A stretch of DNA of 64,000 bases from NCBI RefSeq assembly GCF_947568905.1, contig NC_079169.1, positions 51,956,001-52,020,000 on the forward strand, given 5' to 3'. The first letter of the stretch is position 1; each line of letters starts with the position of its first letter. The stretch comes from Ostrea edulis (Eukaryota). Below, in pieces: positions 23,997 through 35,559 of this stretch. The position numbers were made by a program, and so were the translations under genes. The notes below the pieces were generated by a model that was given only the letters and a program-made list of their open reading frames with translations, made no database searches and was not told the origin of the DNA.

Positions 23997-24255
23997 CATC
24001 ACTCATATACACACAGACACGCACGAACGAACACACACACGAACTTACACCGTTCTTGCAAAACAAAGCAAAGTTGGGGTTTGGGACAGGGGGCTTGGGT
24101 GGCGACCATTCGTGCTCGGGTATGGCCTAAAATTGACGACCATTCGTGTTCACCCTCACGGCACATTCGGTTTCCGGGCGACGATACGTGCGGCATGTTT
24201 GGTCACTGGCGACGAAACGTGCCAAGGCGACCAAACGTGCCGTAACAAATGTCCC
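21456..24255. mobile_element. ~2.8-kb non-autonomous element with ~140-bp GC-rich TIRs
   Basis: 21465-21610 is the reverse complement of ~24090-24250 (GGCACGTTTGGTCGCC...CCCGAGCACGAATGGTCGCCACCCAAGC); interior holds microsatellites and a nested foldback. Confidence 0.7.
22505..23760. mobile_element. Foldback element with AGATATCTT-rich inverted arms, nested in 21456-24255
   Basis: Termini TATGTCACGCC / GGCGTGCAATA; arms ~22540-22930 and ~23380-23730 of ATAAGATATCTT repeats around a unique core. Confidence 0.65.
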
Positions 24256-25299
24256 GTAACAGCGCAATAACTTTGTTTTCATTGAAGCCCTCATCAAGTT
24301 CATTATACGATAGATTTCCTTCATTTTTTACTGAAATTTTGAATAGTTTTGTAAAGAAATGTTTAATGAAATTATTATAAATACTATTATCATTTTAACC
24401 AGTGGTGGGGTTTTTTTTTGGGGGGGGGGGATTTCGATGATTCTCTTGAGGAAAAATTGCTATTTTCTGACTTTGATATGTGATTTCGTATGTGTATGTC
24501 TTGCATCTTAAAAAGGTGGATGACCTATATATTTTACTTCATAATTTATTAGTTTTAACTCTCATGAATTGAAATGAATATACATTTCAAACTTTTATCA
24601 GATAATAAAGCGAGTATGGAGTTACCTTAACAAAAGAGTTTGCAAATTCTAACTATTTGCCGAGATCTCGCCGATTTTGTCGAGTTTGAGTCATGTGTCG
24701 CCTTTTGAAACTTCATTTTCGTTTTACTTTGAAGTGAAACATCTTCCGAAATATTGTATCTTGAATGCTTGGGAGGTTTGAACTTGAAATCTTTTATTCT
24801 TAAGATGGTATACGTAATTTGAATCAATGTATGCCCTTTTACCGAAAAACAGGAGATCGCGAGATAATACGAGACTTGGGGAAGTTGCTAATCTCTGTTA
24901 TATAGGTTTCTTTTGTAACGAAATCTCAGTTTCACAAATTTGCGAAAACAATGCAACGTAAATAAAACTAGCGTAAAGGACGTCCTCGGTTTTTTTTGGG
25001 GGGGTGGGGGTGGGGTGTTTTTTTTTGTGCACCACACGTGCAAGGAGATATTTCACGAAAAATTGCTGACACGGGGTCGTCTCCGCCACATGGGTAACAC
25101 AGGGCCGTTGTCTCCACGTGGATTACTTGGGGTCGTTGTCTCCACATAGACGAGTTGAAATGACCAAGAAAAACAAACACCTGGTCATTTCTATGAAATA
25201 TGTCAGCAGAGGCACACATGGAATTGAACTATCTTTGTCTGCGGAGGGAGTTTCACGTTATCTTTATGCAATCTATCTCCGACTGCGGAGAAATTCGTG

Positions 25300-25306
25300 T
25301 ATAAAA
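25300..25306 (+). promoter_or_regulatory. TATA box of EF-hand gene
   Basis: TATAAAA followed by a probable short non-coding exon (donor at 25361, acceptor at 25439). Confidence 0.55.
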
Positions 25307-25448
25307 GCCACGCATACGCTCACGCGGTCTCCTGTCGACCTAGTGGAACCAGACGAAAGGGTAATTATATAGGACTATGTCACCTTTATTGACAGAGGAT
25401 TTCATTGACTGATTGCTTTATTTTGTGTTTCTTTTTAAGCTTTCAACA

Positions 25449-28400
25449 ATGAGGCACATCATCTTCATCGTGGTCATTTCCCTCGTTTTTGCGTAAGTTT
25501 GTTTTAGTCATCCATCAACCTCAGAAAGAGCTATATAATGGGAAATAAACAGATGCGTAGAACTCGAACATACAGCATGTATTATTGTAAATTGTGAAAT
25601 TTATTACTTTTTACATAAAATGGATAAAGTATTTTTAGTATCTGTCTTCTAGCTATAGATTCAATGATTTTTTCCCCAGACAACATCACCACGATATAGC
25701 TCTAATGGTGGACCAGGGCTTCCTGCGTCTTGACGTTAACCCTAAAGATGGTCTCCTGGAAGAGGGTGAACTCTCCGGAGTTTTTAAACAAAGGGATGTG
25801 GACGGTAATATAGTTTTATCCTAAATATCAAATCCACGCTTGAAAAATGAATTTGAATATAGTAAATAACAGGAGGATCGTAAGTTCATCTGCTCGTGCC
25901 TTGGCCGTTTAGAAAGTACGAAGAGTCGCCTGTTCATAAAAACAGAGGTCACGTGTCGCAACGGCCCTGAGCGCCACACAGCGGTCTAAAGACGTCTCGA
26001 TATGAGTGAACAATTTCCAAAAGGACTTAAAATATTTTTTTTAAAAGACAAAGAAAACGTATTTGTACATGTAGATACGCTACGCGTAATGCACCACAAT
26101 AACTATATAATGACTTAAGATGGAGTAAAAATTATGAAGATTTCAATATCTGAATACTTCTACGTTTTCTAAAATATTTACATTTTATTTTCACTGTTTG
26201 CAATTAAATCAAAGCTTTAAAAATGTCATTTCTCAAAGCCACATCATGTTGCAGGGGATACCTCTACATGCACAGCTGTTAGTCTGGATCATCCCAACGT
26301 CTGTGCATATTTCACAAAATTTAAGTCAAAGCGAGGCTTGATCACGCTGATTGGCTAGTTTTAAAAAACAATGCACTTTACCTGCGCCCAAAGATGTTTC
26401 TTTGAATTGAACTGTAGAATGTTGAAGCATATTTTCCACAGAAAGAAAAGCAGATTTAGTGTGTAGAACATATCTTTCTTCCTAAAAAGAACATACCTAT
26501 TATGACACATGGGATAACCTTGGTTGAAATACTATTATTTTTTTTTACCTAATTCTGATAAAGTTTCGTTAAGAATTCACCATTGTTATCAAGCACTGCC
26601 CCGTTGGGACGTGGGGATCCGGGTTAGAATAGGTCCCCGGTACTTTTTGCTTGTCGTACATGTAAGAGGCGACTAAGTACGACGGTCCTTCGGGTGAGAC
26701 CGTAATTTAAACCGAGGCCCCGTGTCACAGCAGGTGACGTTAAACAATATACAACCAACCAGCCAACTATCCCAAACATATTTTCTCTCAACAACTTAAT
26801 TATTTACTAATAGATGTATAATGATTTATTGTTATTTTTTGTTGTTGTTGTGTACTATAGCAGCACCATTTAACGGTGATTTTTTTCTATGGAAAGCATA
26901 CAGACATACACAAACGTCAGGATGATCCAGATTAACACAAATGAATATCTCAATAGCAACATAATGTTTAGAAGAAATCTGTAACGTCAAATCCCGATAC
27001 GGCCATTGTCTTTCAAGTTTGATTGAACAGGTGACTCCCACTTCCGGTTCTTTAACCCCCCCCCCCCCCCACCGGAATAATTCAGCTTAAGTCCCTGTAG
27101 TCGCGGTTGCCTACACTAACCAGTTCACTGTTCTGTGTTAGAGCACTGTTACTATTTTCAATGACATGTGTATCGAAAATCTGTTGGGATAATTGCGACA
27201 ACCTCATGTAACCTAGCTAGCTACTGTCTGCTCTGTTTGTACGCTAGCTAGCTACTGTCTGTTCTGTTTGTACGCTACCTAGCTGCTGTCTGCTTTGTTT
27301 GTACGCTAGCTAGCTAGCTACTGTCTGCTCAGTCTGTACGCTAGCTAGCTACTGTCTGCTCTGTTTGTACGCTAGCTAGCCACTGTCTGCTCTGTACGCT
27401 AGCTAGCTACTGTCTGCTCTGTTTGTACGCTAGCTAGCCACTGTCTGCTCTGTACGCTAGCTAGCTACTGTCTGCTCTGTCTGTACGCTAGCTAGCTACT
27501 GTCTGCTCTGTTTGTACGCTAGCTAGCTAGCTACTGTCTGCTTTGTTTGTACGCTAGCTAGCTAGCTACTGTCTGCTCTGTTTGTACGCTAGCTAGCCAC
27601 TGTCTGCTCTGTACGCTAGCTAGCTACTGTCTGCTCTGTTTTCCTTTTATTTGATACAAAGGTTTGACAAAGAATACGGATCACAACGAACAATAATGAT
27701 TTTATTGTAACGAGAAGTGAGTACGGTTTTCCATTCAGCGAAACAGTAAACCATGGTCCATTGATTGCGACAACACTTTAATCAAGTTTAGAGACCACAG
27801 GCATGTTTACATTCCGTTGTCTGCTATCTATGCTTTGACTAAGTGTGCGGTACTGGTGTTACTTTACGTTAAGCTTATAACGTCATAAATTGTGACAAAA
27901 AGAATAACAAAAGCAACGTCACATTTTAAACAAATGTCATTGACAGTTTAGAATTCTGATTATAGTATATGGGTATCCGAGTTTTGTTCCTGTTGGTGCG
28001 CATCCTGAAGACAATATATAAAACTGAATTTATTGCAGGCGACGGCCAGCTCTCGTTCGACGAGTTCTCAAACCACGCGGCGGATAACCCGATTCGACAC
28101 GAACTTTTCAATCACTTCGATGCAAACAAAGATGGATTCCTCCAGAAAACTGAGACTGATGCCATTTATGCAGCCATGGATCAAACTGGTATGTTCAAAA
28201 CCAGACTCGAATTTCAAATCCAGATTCCCAAAGCTAGTGTGGCAATAAAACACTTCTATATTATCATATAGCGACGAATTTGTTTGTTACCCAGTAGAAT
28301 GTGAATAACATGGAAAATGTTTTTGCTTGGCAAAATTAATTTAGACAGAGATCCCAAAGAGGTCCCGCTAGGCCAGTCAGTGGCAACAAAACTTTTTCAG

Positions 28401-29379
28401 CCATCATGTATCCGTCTCCGGCGTGAAAAGGGGGTTTTTGTTCTAGATTTCTGTCCTCCTGTTACGTTTCTCCTCCTCTCCTCCTCCTCTCCTCTTCCTC
28501 CTCCTCCTCCTCCATCTCCATTTCTTCCCCTCTCTGTCCTTTCTCACGTTCAAGGTCTGTATAGAATCCAAATTTAGTTTTTAAAATTCATGTGACATCT
28601 CAGATTGCAAAATCCAAAAATCAAACACTACTACGGGAAGTATGACCGACAGACAAACAGACAGACAGACAAACAAACATCTTCTGTCTGTACAATACTG
28701 TGGAGTACCAGTTTGTGGGTCTCGAGTCCAATCTTTTCTCCGCAATCTCTAGCTTGTTCACCCAATATCATATACTTTAAGATTTCATTTCAATGTACAA
28801 GCATTCAATACTTTTTTTTCAATTCATGGTGTTATACTTCCATAAATGACTATTCATTGCAGGTGATCACCAGGTGTCTCGACATGAGTTTGACCACTAC
28901 TATACCCACGTAAGTAAATCAAATACACGGGCGTCAAAACCAACAGCCAATCTGTATTTTAACTTTCTAAAGATGTTCACGAATAATTACTTAGAATTAC
29001 TCAAATTTGTACTAGGATTTTTAATGCTATTTTTCTATATGATCTCAGTCATTCCCAAAACCTATGAGATCGAGGCTGGCCACTCAAACGATTGATGAGA
29101 TAGATCTCGTGTACAGCTGGTCATTGTGTTTATCGTTTGATTTCTACACTCGCTAATGAATATTACCGTATTTCTCCCATTAATAGCGCCACTGGGTTCT
29201 TTTCAATAAGTCGGGAATACTCCCCATTATTCCCCACATCGCCTACTTTCTTACCTTACACTTTAAAATTTTCTAATATAGCTGTAGATGCACAGGATTC
29301 AATTGCATTATGGAAATTTCAGTCCACCGGTGTTTTTGGTATGATTTAGTGACGACGATTGATTTACTCAGATACTAGA

Positions 29380-29426
<47 letters not shown>

Positions 29427-31189
29427 AAAATTGTAATAGAGTGTCAGTAATCGGATAATAATGGGTTTTTTTAAATATGAAAAGAAAACACAGAAATCCT
29501 CCGTAAAGCTTTAGCGCTTTTATTACATCTTCAAAAGCTTTACAAAAATGTATATAATTAGCCTCAATTTGGATCGCACGAGATCGTAATTATTTATAAC
29601 GTATCAACAGAAGTGAGATGGATTTTAGACGTATCGATCAGATAGAAATACCACAATCACAAACCTGATGAAATTTTATGCATATACATGTAACAACGAA
29701 TTAAGGTAATAATGACCAGAGTTTTACAAATAACGCTGTGAGCGATAATATTACGACTACGCGATGCGTCATGGTGGACTACATGTATAGTATATACACG
29801 CCTTGATCAACAGAACACACGGGGTAACACAGACCACCACACACCTTGTTTTCCATGACGTGTCGTCAAAAACTCGTGTTCTGTACGTGAATCAATCAAA
29901 TAAACACACACATGTAGAAAAACGTTTTTAATGGTTATCATATATCTTCCATTTTTGAATGATTATGATAAGTTGTTAAAAGTAGATGTAATAATAAGCG
30001 CATACCCCCTTTTTCCAGTTTTTCTTTTCTTTTTCTTTTTGCAAGGCGCTAAATGGGACGAATACGGTATTATATAACGACAAATGTTCGTCGGTCATGC
30101 TTATAATTTCTTTCTAGTTTGTGTAGGCTTGTAGTTGGCCTGCGTCCATCGTCGTGCGTCGTCCGTTAACAATTGAACATCTTAAATTCTTCTTGATAAC
30201 TACTATTTCAATTGTTTCCAAATTTGGTATGAAACAGCTTAGCGAGAAGGAAGACGCAAATTGTAAATTTCAGGACTCCTGCACCCTTGGAGCCTTAGGG
30301 GTGGGACAAAATTTTCAAAAATCTTCTCTACAACCACAATGTGTAAGAAAAACTAAACGCATTGTGATGAAGAGCAGGAAATCTTCTACCAAAACTGTAA
30401 ACTTCATGATCGCTGGGATAAAGGTTCTGACTCCAGGATGGGGCCAAAACTTCATATCATATTGTATATATGTGTAAAACATTTAAATGATATCGTCTTT
30501 AATGCTATTGATACTAAATTGAAACAAAATAGATATTTATAAGTAGGTCGACCTTTACCAAAACTGCAAATTTCATGATCCCAAGGGGTAACGGTTTTGG
30601 TTCCAGGGTGGGGCTAAACTTATTTTAGTGACTGTCTTTATCATTTGAAAGACTTCTTTATGTTTGCTTTTACGGTATAAATACTAACTGCATATTCAAG
30701 AAAAGCAGGAAAGGTTGTACCAAAGTTATGAATTTTGCAACCTTAGGAGTTTGACTGTCGGACAGGTCCAAATTAGTCATATCGTGTTTTAAAATGTTAC
30801 ATATATCATATCACGTAAAGTCTGTCATCAAAATTTTTTAAGAACACATCTTGTTTTATACTGTTACTAAATATTAGAATTTAGCCTAGATATGCAGAAC
30901 AGAATTCCATAGATGTTTGCATTAGTCAAGTGATACTTTTAACTAATAAGTAGGTGACCGATAAGGCCAGTGGGCCTCTTGTTTAATATCTAGTTTAGAA
31001 TTATCGTTGACAACTTTTGTTTCATTTGTACTAATTTCATAAACTATAAAGTATCTGTTGCTGAAATCAATAGAAATAAAATAGCTCTAGATAACATTTC
31101 TGCACACATTTTATTATTTTGTCTTTTTTTATTTTCAGATAATTCAACTCATTATTCATCAGCAACAACATGGACACCACGGGCGTTGA
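25449..31189 (+). CDS. Secreted EF-hand Ca-binding protein (shell/matrix EF-hand-like), 5 exons, 138 aa
   Basis: Exons 25449-25492, 25680-25804, 28039-28188, 28863-28909, 31139-31189 (417 nt, phases match). Signal peptide MRHIIFIVVISLVFA; loops DVNPKDGLLEEGE, DVDGDGQLSFDEF, DANKDGFLQKTE, DQTGDHQVSRHEF; tail HQQQHGHHGR. The last exon is the least certain. Confidence 0.8.
26278..26936. mobile_element. TIR element in EF-hand intron containing a SINE fragment
   Basis: GTTAGTCTGGATCATCCCAACGTCTGTG vs reverse complement GTTAATCTGGATCATCCTGACGTTTGTG; SINE head at ~26590-26750. Confidence 0.5.
27205..27640. repeat. ~27-35-bp minisatellite rich in GCTAGCTA
   Basis: About 14 copies of GCTAGCTAGCTACTGTCTGCTCTGTTTGTAC. 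Confidence 0.9.
30110..30985 (-). mobile_element. Helentron/HINE-like element
   Basis: Ends GGTGACCGATAAGGCCAGTGGGCCTCTTGTT; starts with CGTCCATCGTCGTGCGTCGTCCG; decayed internal ~160-bp repeats. Similar decayed copies at ~53340-53830 and ~54400-54940. Confidence 0.6.
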
Positions 31190-31342
31190 TGTGAAATAAT
31201 TTTACATAAATACAGAGAAAATTCGGGCAATCCTTGTTTCAATTGATAGCACAACAGCTCTGTTCTGGTCGTCCACCATGATTTGGATTGTTGTTTTTCC
31301 TATCCAGCTCGCTACAGTCCTGCAACATTTAGATTCCTTGTA

Positions 31343-31469
31343 CAGTAAAACACGCTTATAGCGAACACACTTATAACGAATTCACGCAAATCTATTGGAT
31401 ATAACAGAATTTAGTTATAACGAACTGTTTCTGATAGCCCTGGTGGTTCGCTATTTTCGTGTTTTACAG
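31343..31469. mobile_element. Tc1/mariner-type MITE
   Basis: TA-flanked; TIR CAGTAAAACACGCTTATAGCGAAC vs CTGTAAAACACGAAAATAGCGAAC. Confidence 0.7.
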
Positions 31470-31491
31470 TAGCTTTAATCACTTGTTTGAG

Positions 31492-33192
31492 CTAGTCTAT
31501 ATCGTACACAATCCATTTGCTCTGACCATCAATAAGGGGCGGGGCACCACACCATCGGCATGTTAAATCGACCCAGTCCACCAACTCGGAAAATTCCGGA
31601 AGTTCCGTTACTTCCTTGCGGAGGGCGAATTCCTGATCATCGATTACCCTTTTAATCTTTCCTTTGTAAATTTCCGTTCCTATGAACGCTACAGCTCGTC
31701 TTCGCAAACAAGAGATGTCTAACGTTAGTGAATTCGTCTCTTTACACTTTAAAAGAGGAAAAGCTAGATTATAGGAGTGTGTGATGGCGTTTATGAGGTA
31801 GCGTGCGGCGCAGGCTGGAACGGCTTGGAACATGCTACATTTTCTCTGTTGTTTGATGTACATTACAGTGGGGATGCTTAGATTTGATAAGTACCTGAGT
31901 GACTGGAGACGTAGTGTCAGGTACACAATGAAATAAACATCCGACAATAAAAGCGACAAGTTTTCGTGGTCTGTACCAGAAAGTTTGGTACACAGGCTGG
32001 AGTAATTTAAATCGATTACGGAGAAAATCTCCTTACTATCAGTGTGGCGAGCAATGACTCCCAAGATGTCTCCTTTCATGATAGCGAGTTTCTGTCTTAC
32101 GTCTAAAATCACCTGTAGTTTTATGTGTTGAATCATGTTTCTGTGTGGAACGAAATAATTTGGTAAACACCCGTCTTCTAGGAAGGTCTCCAGTCTTTTA
32201 ACAAGTGCGTGTATGCATTGGAATAAGTTGTCTGGCGTCCATGTTTGTAGTGGAAGGTTTTCTAAGACCCAGAAGAAAACGTTTTTCAACATGTACGATG
32301 TTAAACATGGTTCATCCTCGTCAAATAAGTTTAGTTTGCAGATAGCCTTGAAGAAAACATACGATCTTATCTGTGTAGTGGTGAGGCTCAGGAGAAGGAT
32401 TTTCTCCGTTATTGCAAAAGAGATTCGCCATTCTAAGTGCGCTTCGGAACTAAAAGGATGTCCCACTGGTACGAATCCGCAACCCCCTTTTGTTGCTTTC
32501 TGGATCAGTTCAGATGATGGCCATCCGGAAGCTCTCGGACGTGAAAGGAACTCGGTGGCCGCGGACGGCCATGAAGACATCGACATGCACACTACGTAAT
32601 CCAGGAAATGTATCCCGAGCTCGTCTTCTATTGCACCGTGGAGTGCTGGACCATCGCGCGTGTTTCCCTGCATGAACATAAATAATTTCATACTATTTAT
32701 CGCAGTTTCCAATTTTTCTCTCAATGCCATTGGCAAAAGATATTCTTCGGAATCTTCTTCTTCTATACGATTTACCACGCGCATTTTCACGTAACCGGGA
32801 AATGTGTTCTCCAACATAAAGAAAGATCCCTGCCCTTCTCCCTGGCTTTCTGTAATAATGACCCCTGTGAATTCAAAGACCACATCTACGTCAGTGTCGT
32901 TAACATAAGTCCCGTCCTCAATCAGCGGAAGTGGTCGCTCTAGATACAGTCCGTCATGGGAACTCCCCAACATAATGATGTCCGAAATCCACAACTTCTT
33001 GGCGATCTCCTGCTTTTTGTTATAGCAGACGACGGTTTCGCGGCTGTATAGAACTTCTGCACGGGACGCTGTGGACAGCTCCTCCAAATATTCACTAATC
33101 CAATCCTGCTGCCTCTTGTCAGCCGCTAACATTCTGACGTCATAAAAAGCATCTTGGTCAAGTATAATGCAGCTTAGTAGTTTGTTCTCCAT
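31492..33192 (-). CDS. Mab-21 domain nucleotidyltransferase, cGAS-like receptor (cGLR), 566 aa, intronless CDS
   Basis: LGSSHDG...DTDVD...LDYV catalytic signature; WPSAATEFLSRPRASGWPS, GFVPVGH, LEWRISFAITEK, SYMLKNVFFW, CLPNYFVP Mab-21 motifs; in-frame stop immediately upstream of the ATG. Confidence 0.88.
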   Translation of the reverse strand: MENKLLSCIILDQDAFYDVRMLAADKRQQDWISEYLEELSTASRAEVLYSRETVVCYNKKQEIAKKLWISDIIMLGSSHDGLYLERPLPLIEDGTYVNDTDVDVVFEFTGVIITESQGEGQGSFFMLENTFPGYVKMRVVNRIEEEDSEEYLLPMALREKLETAINSMKLFMFMQGNTRDGPALHGAIEDELGIHFLDYVVCMSMSSWPSAATEFLSRPRASGWPSSELIQKATKGGCGFVPVGHPFSSEAHLEWRISFAITEKILLLSLTTTQIRSYVFFKAICKLNLFDEDEPCLTSYMLKNVFFWVLENLPLQTWTPDNLFQCIHALVKRLETFLEDGCLPNYFVPHRNMIQHIKLQVILDVRQKLAIMKGDILGVIARHTDSKEIFSVIDLNYSSLCTKLSGTDHENLSLLLSDVYFIVYLTLRLQSLRYLSNLSIPTVMYIKQQRKCSMFQAVPACAARYLINAITHSYNLAFPLLKCKETNSLTLDISCLRRRAVAFIGTEIYKGKIKRVIDDQEFALRKEVTELPEFSELVDWVDLTCRWCGAPPLIDGQSKWIVYDID

Positions 33193-34107
33193 TTATTTCA
33201 TACACAGAAAACCCCGGGAATAAAATCTACAACAAAATTAAGAACAAATGAATATACATGTACATGTTATCTGAGAACAAAGCATTACAAAACATTCTTT
33301 CCTTTTAATCCCTTTTCGGACATCCTGTAGCTAATAATGAATAGAAAATCCAAAACCATGTATCAAACCTACATGAAGAAGATGCACCCAATCATATGCA
33401 AAAAAATAATTTTTGACCTCTTAGAATGAAAAAGAAGTTACAATAGCAAAAAATACACATCTAAAGGGGGTACGGCGTCGCAACCCCTCTATGGTTGAAT
33501 GATTTTAACAAAAATGTCTTTTTTTTCCATTTTGGGGTTTATTAAATCCTATTTTTAGGCGAAAAAGGTATAAACTTGGGCCACAACCCCTCCCCCTTTG
33601 AAAAGTTTCTAGATCCGCCTCTGAATATGCCTAGACTTTCGGCATTAAGCATCACAGTTCATACCCTCGTGTATTTTCAAAGCTGAAAGGAATGAAAGAT
33701 TGTTGAAGGAACATAAAATAGCAAACATACCCAAAAATTTACATAATTTTTCATAACTAAAGTTGTTTTAAATACGAATTGATGATTGTATGCGTTTTAA
33801 CACAAAGCAAGATAATTCATTCATAGTGAGAATTAAATGCATTAGAAAATTTGTTTAGTGAAAAGATCAATGCCTCCAATTGCCAAATACATGCCTATTA
33901 TTGCTATTTTACATCAGTTTCTATTGGCATGCTGACTACAATAGCATGAATCAAAGAATATTTATGAATGATGGTTTAGACAATAGTCCGTGATTCAAAG
34001 ATACCAGAAAATGATGGAATAAAAACAGTCAGCATTCGATGGTGGTTATAACAAACAAGTAAAGATAACAAACGGTGGTTTTAAAAAATACAAAACGAAG
34101 AGAAAGC

Positions 34108-34375
34108 CAAACATGGACCCCTGGACATACTAAGTTAGGGTCAGGTGTCTGGAAGTAGTAAGCATCCCCTATTGACCGGTCACATCCGCTGTGAGCCCTA
34201 TATCCTGATCAGGTAAACGAAGTAATCCGTAGTCAAAATTGGTATGTAAAGAACGGCTTAACAATCTATGAAACACACCAGACAGTATTCGACCCAGTGA
34301 TAGCTTGTATTTACAAATTAGATCATTATAACGACCCTAGAATTTGCAAAATGATGTCTTTACACGAGACTGTTG
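34108..34375 (+). mobile_element. Unclassified interspersed repeat (second copy ~49548-49790)
   Basis: GGACCCCTGGA...TCAGGTGTCT...GTAAGCATCCCCT..GACCGGTCA.A.CCGCTGTGAGCCC shared by both copies. Confidence 0.65.
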
Positions 34376-34760
34376 AAATCCCGTTTCCTAACGTTACGTC
34401 AGTTGATGACTGTGTAGAGGACAGTATAGAGGGAACTTACACTGCCTCGCTAGCTTTTCTAATGATGTGGTAGTTAAACAACAGCGAACGTGTTCAGCTT
34501 GGATGGATGACCTCTACACGTTACAAATGTAAGTAGCTTACTTCCATGTACAGTGAAAACTACTTAATCTGACATCTGCGCAATCCGTTTTGCTGAGCAT
34601 TCTGATTCTTATTTTCATTCTCTCTTTCATATTTCCATTGTTTTGCACTGTTTATTCCGATAGAAAATGTCTCCCATTGCATGTCGGATTAGACAGGTTT
34701 CAATGTTAAGGGTGCGTGTGTGGACTAAAACCCGTGGTTTGCGACGATGCATCTAGATGA

Positions 34761-34906
34761 NNNNNNNNNNNNNNNNNNNNNNNNNNNNNNNNNNNNNNNN
34801 NNNNNNNNNNNNNNNNNNNNNNNNNNNNNNNNNNNNNNNNNNNNNNNNNNNNNNNNNNNNNNNNNNNNNNNNNNNNNNNNNNNNNNNNNNNNNNNNNNNN
34901 NNNNNN
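34761..34906. other. Assembly gap (N run)
   Basis: Run of N. Confidence 0.98.
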
Positions 34907-35133
34907 AACTAGAAAATAAAATTCCTTTTCGGAAGACTTCGGACAAAGCCGTGTCTGGATTTTTGGAAGACTCCGGACAAAGCCGTGTCTGGATGTTCGG
35001 AAGACTCCGGACGAGGCCTTGTCTGGATCACGAGTCACTGCGTGCAATTCTACAAAACTAAGGGATAGCGCCCTCAGCACAGCTCAAGTTCTCTGATGGG
35101 TTTTTTTAAATATTTTTTTTAAACATACATACA

Positions 35134-35171
<38 letters not shown>

Positions 35172-35234
35172 TCTGCAAAGAAACTTGTACAAAATGTTTA
35201 TAACAAGCTACCAAAGGTATATATATATTCTTTT

Positions 35235-35278
<44 letters not shown>

Positions 35279-35559
35279 CATACAGTCATTATCTAATATA
35301 TCAAAGGTACTTATATATTGAATATTTTTTTAAGAAGAAAAAAACCACTCTATGAAATAATTGATTCCAACGGTACCAGCAGGTGTCAAACAATCTTTTT
35401 CACCATTTTTATATGCAACATGTCTCTGAGTTTCATAAAATGTATTCATCAGCGATATCACAGCATTTAAAAATTCAGTGCCTTCCCTTTACATCTCATA
35501 GTGTAGATATAATATTTCAGCCAAAGAACAAGATTATTTTGTATAGTTTTCTTTTCATC

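Noticed and set aside
23621-24270. Several 120-150-aa ORFs around the (CA)n tract
   Set aside because: Microsatellite and TIR sequence lacking stops; no coding signal.
29500-29540. Third hammerhead-like motif near (TA)n
   Set aside because: Core is degenerate (UUGAAGA, no GAAA, no stem II).
32213-32599. 128-aa plus-strand ORF
   Set aside because: Lies entirely antisense to the cGLR ORF; no recognisable motif.
34706-35080. ORFs containing X runs here and at 39255-39494
   Set aside because: Created by translation across N gaps.
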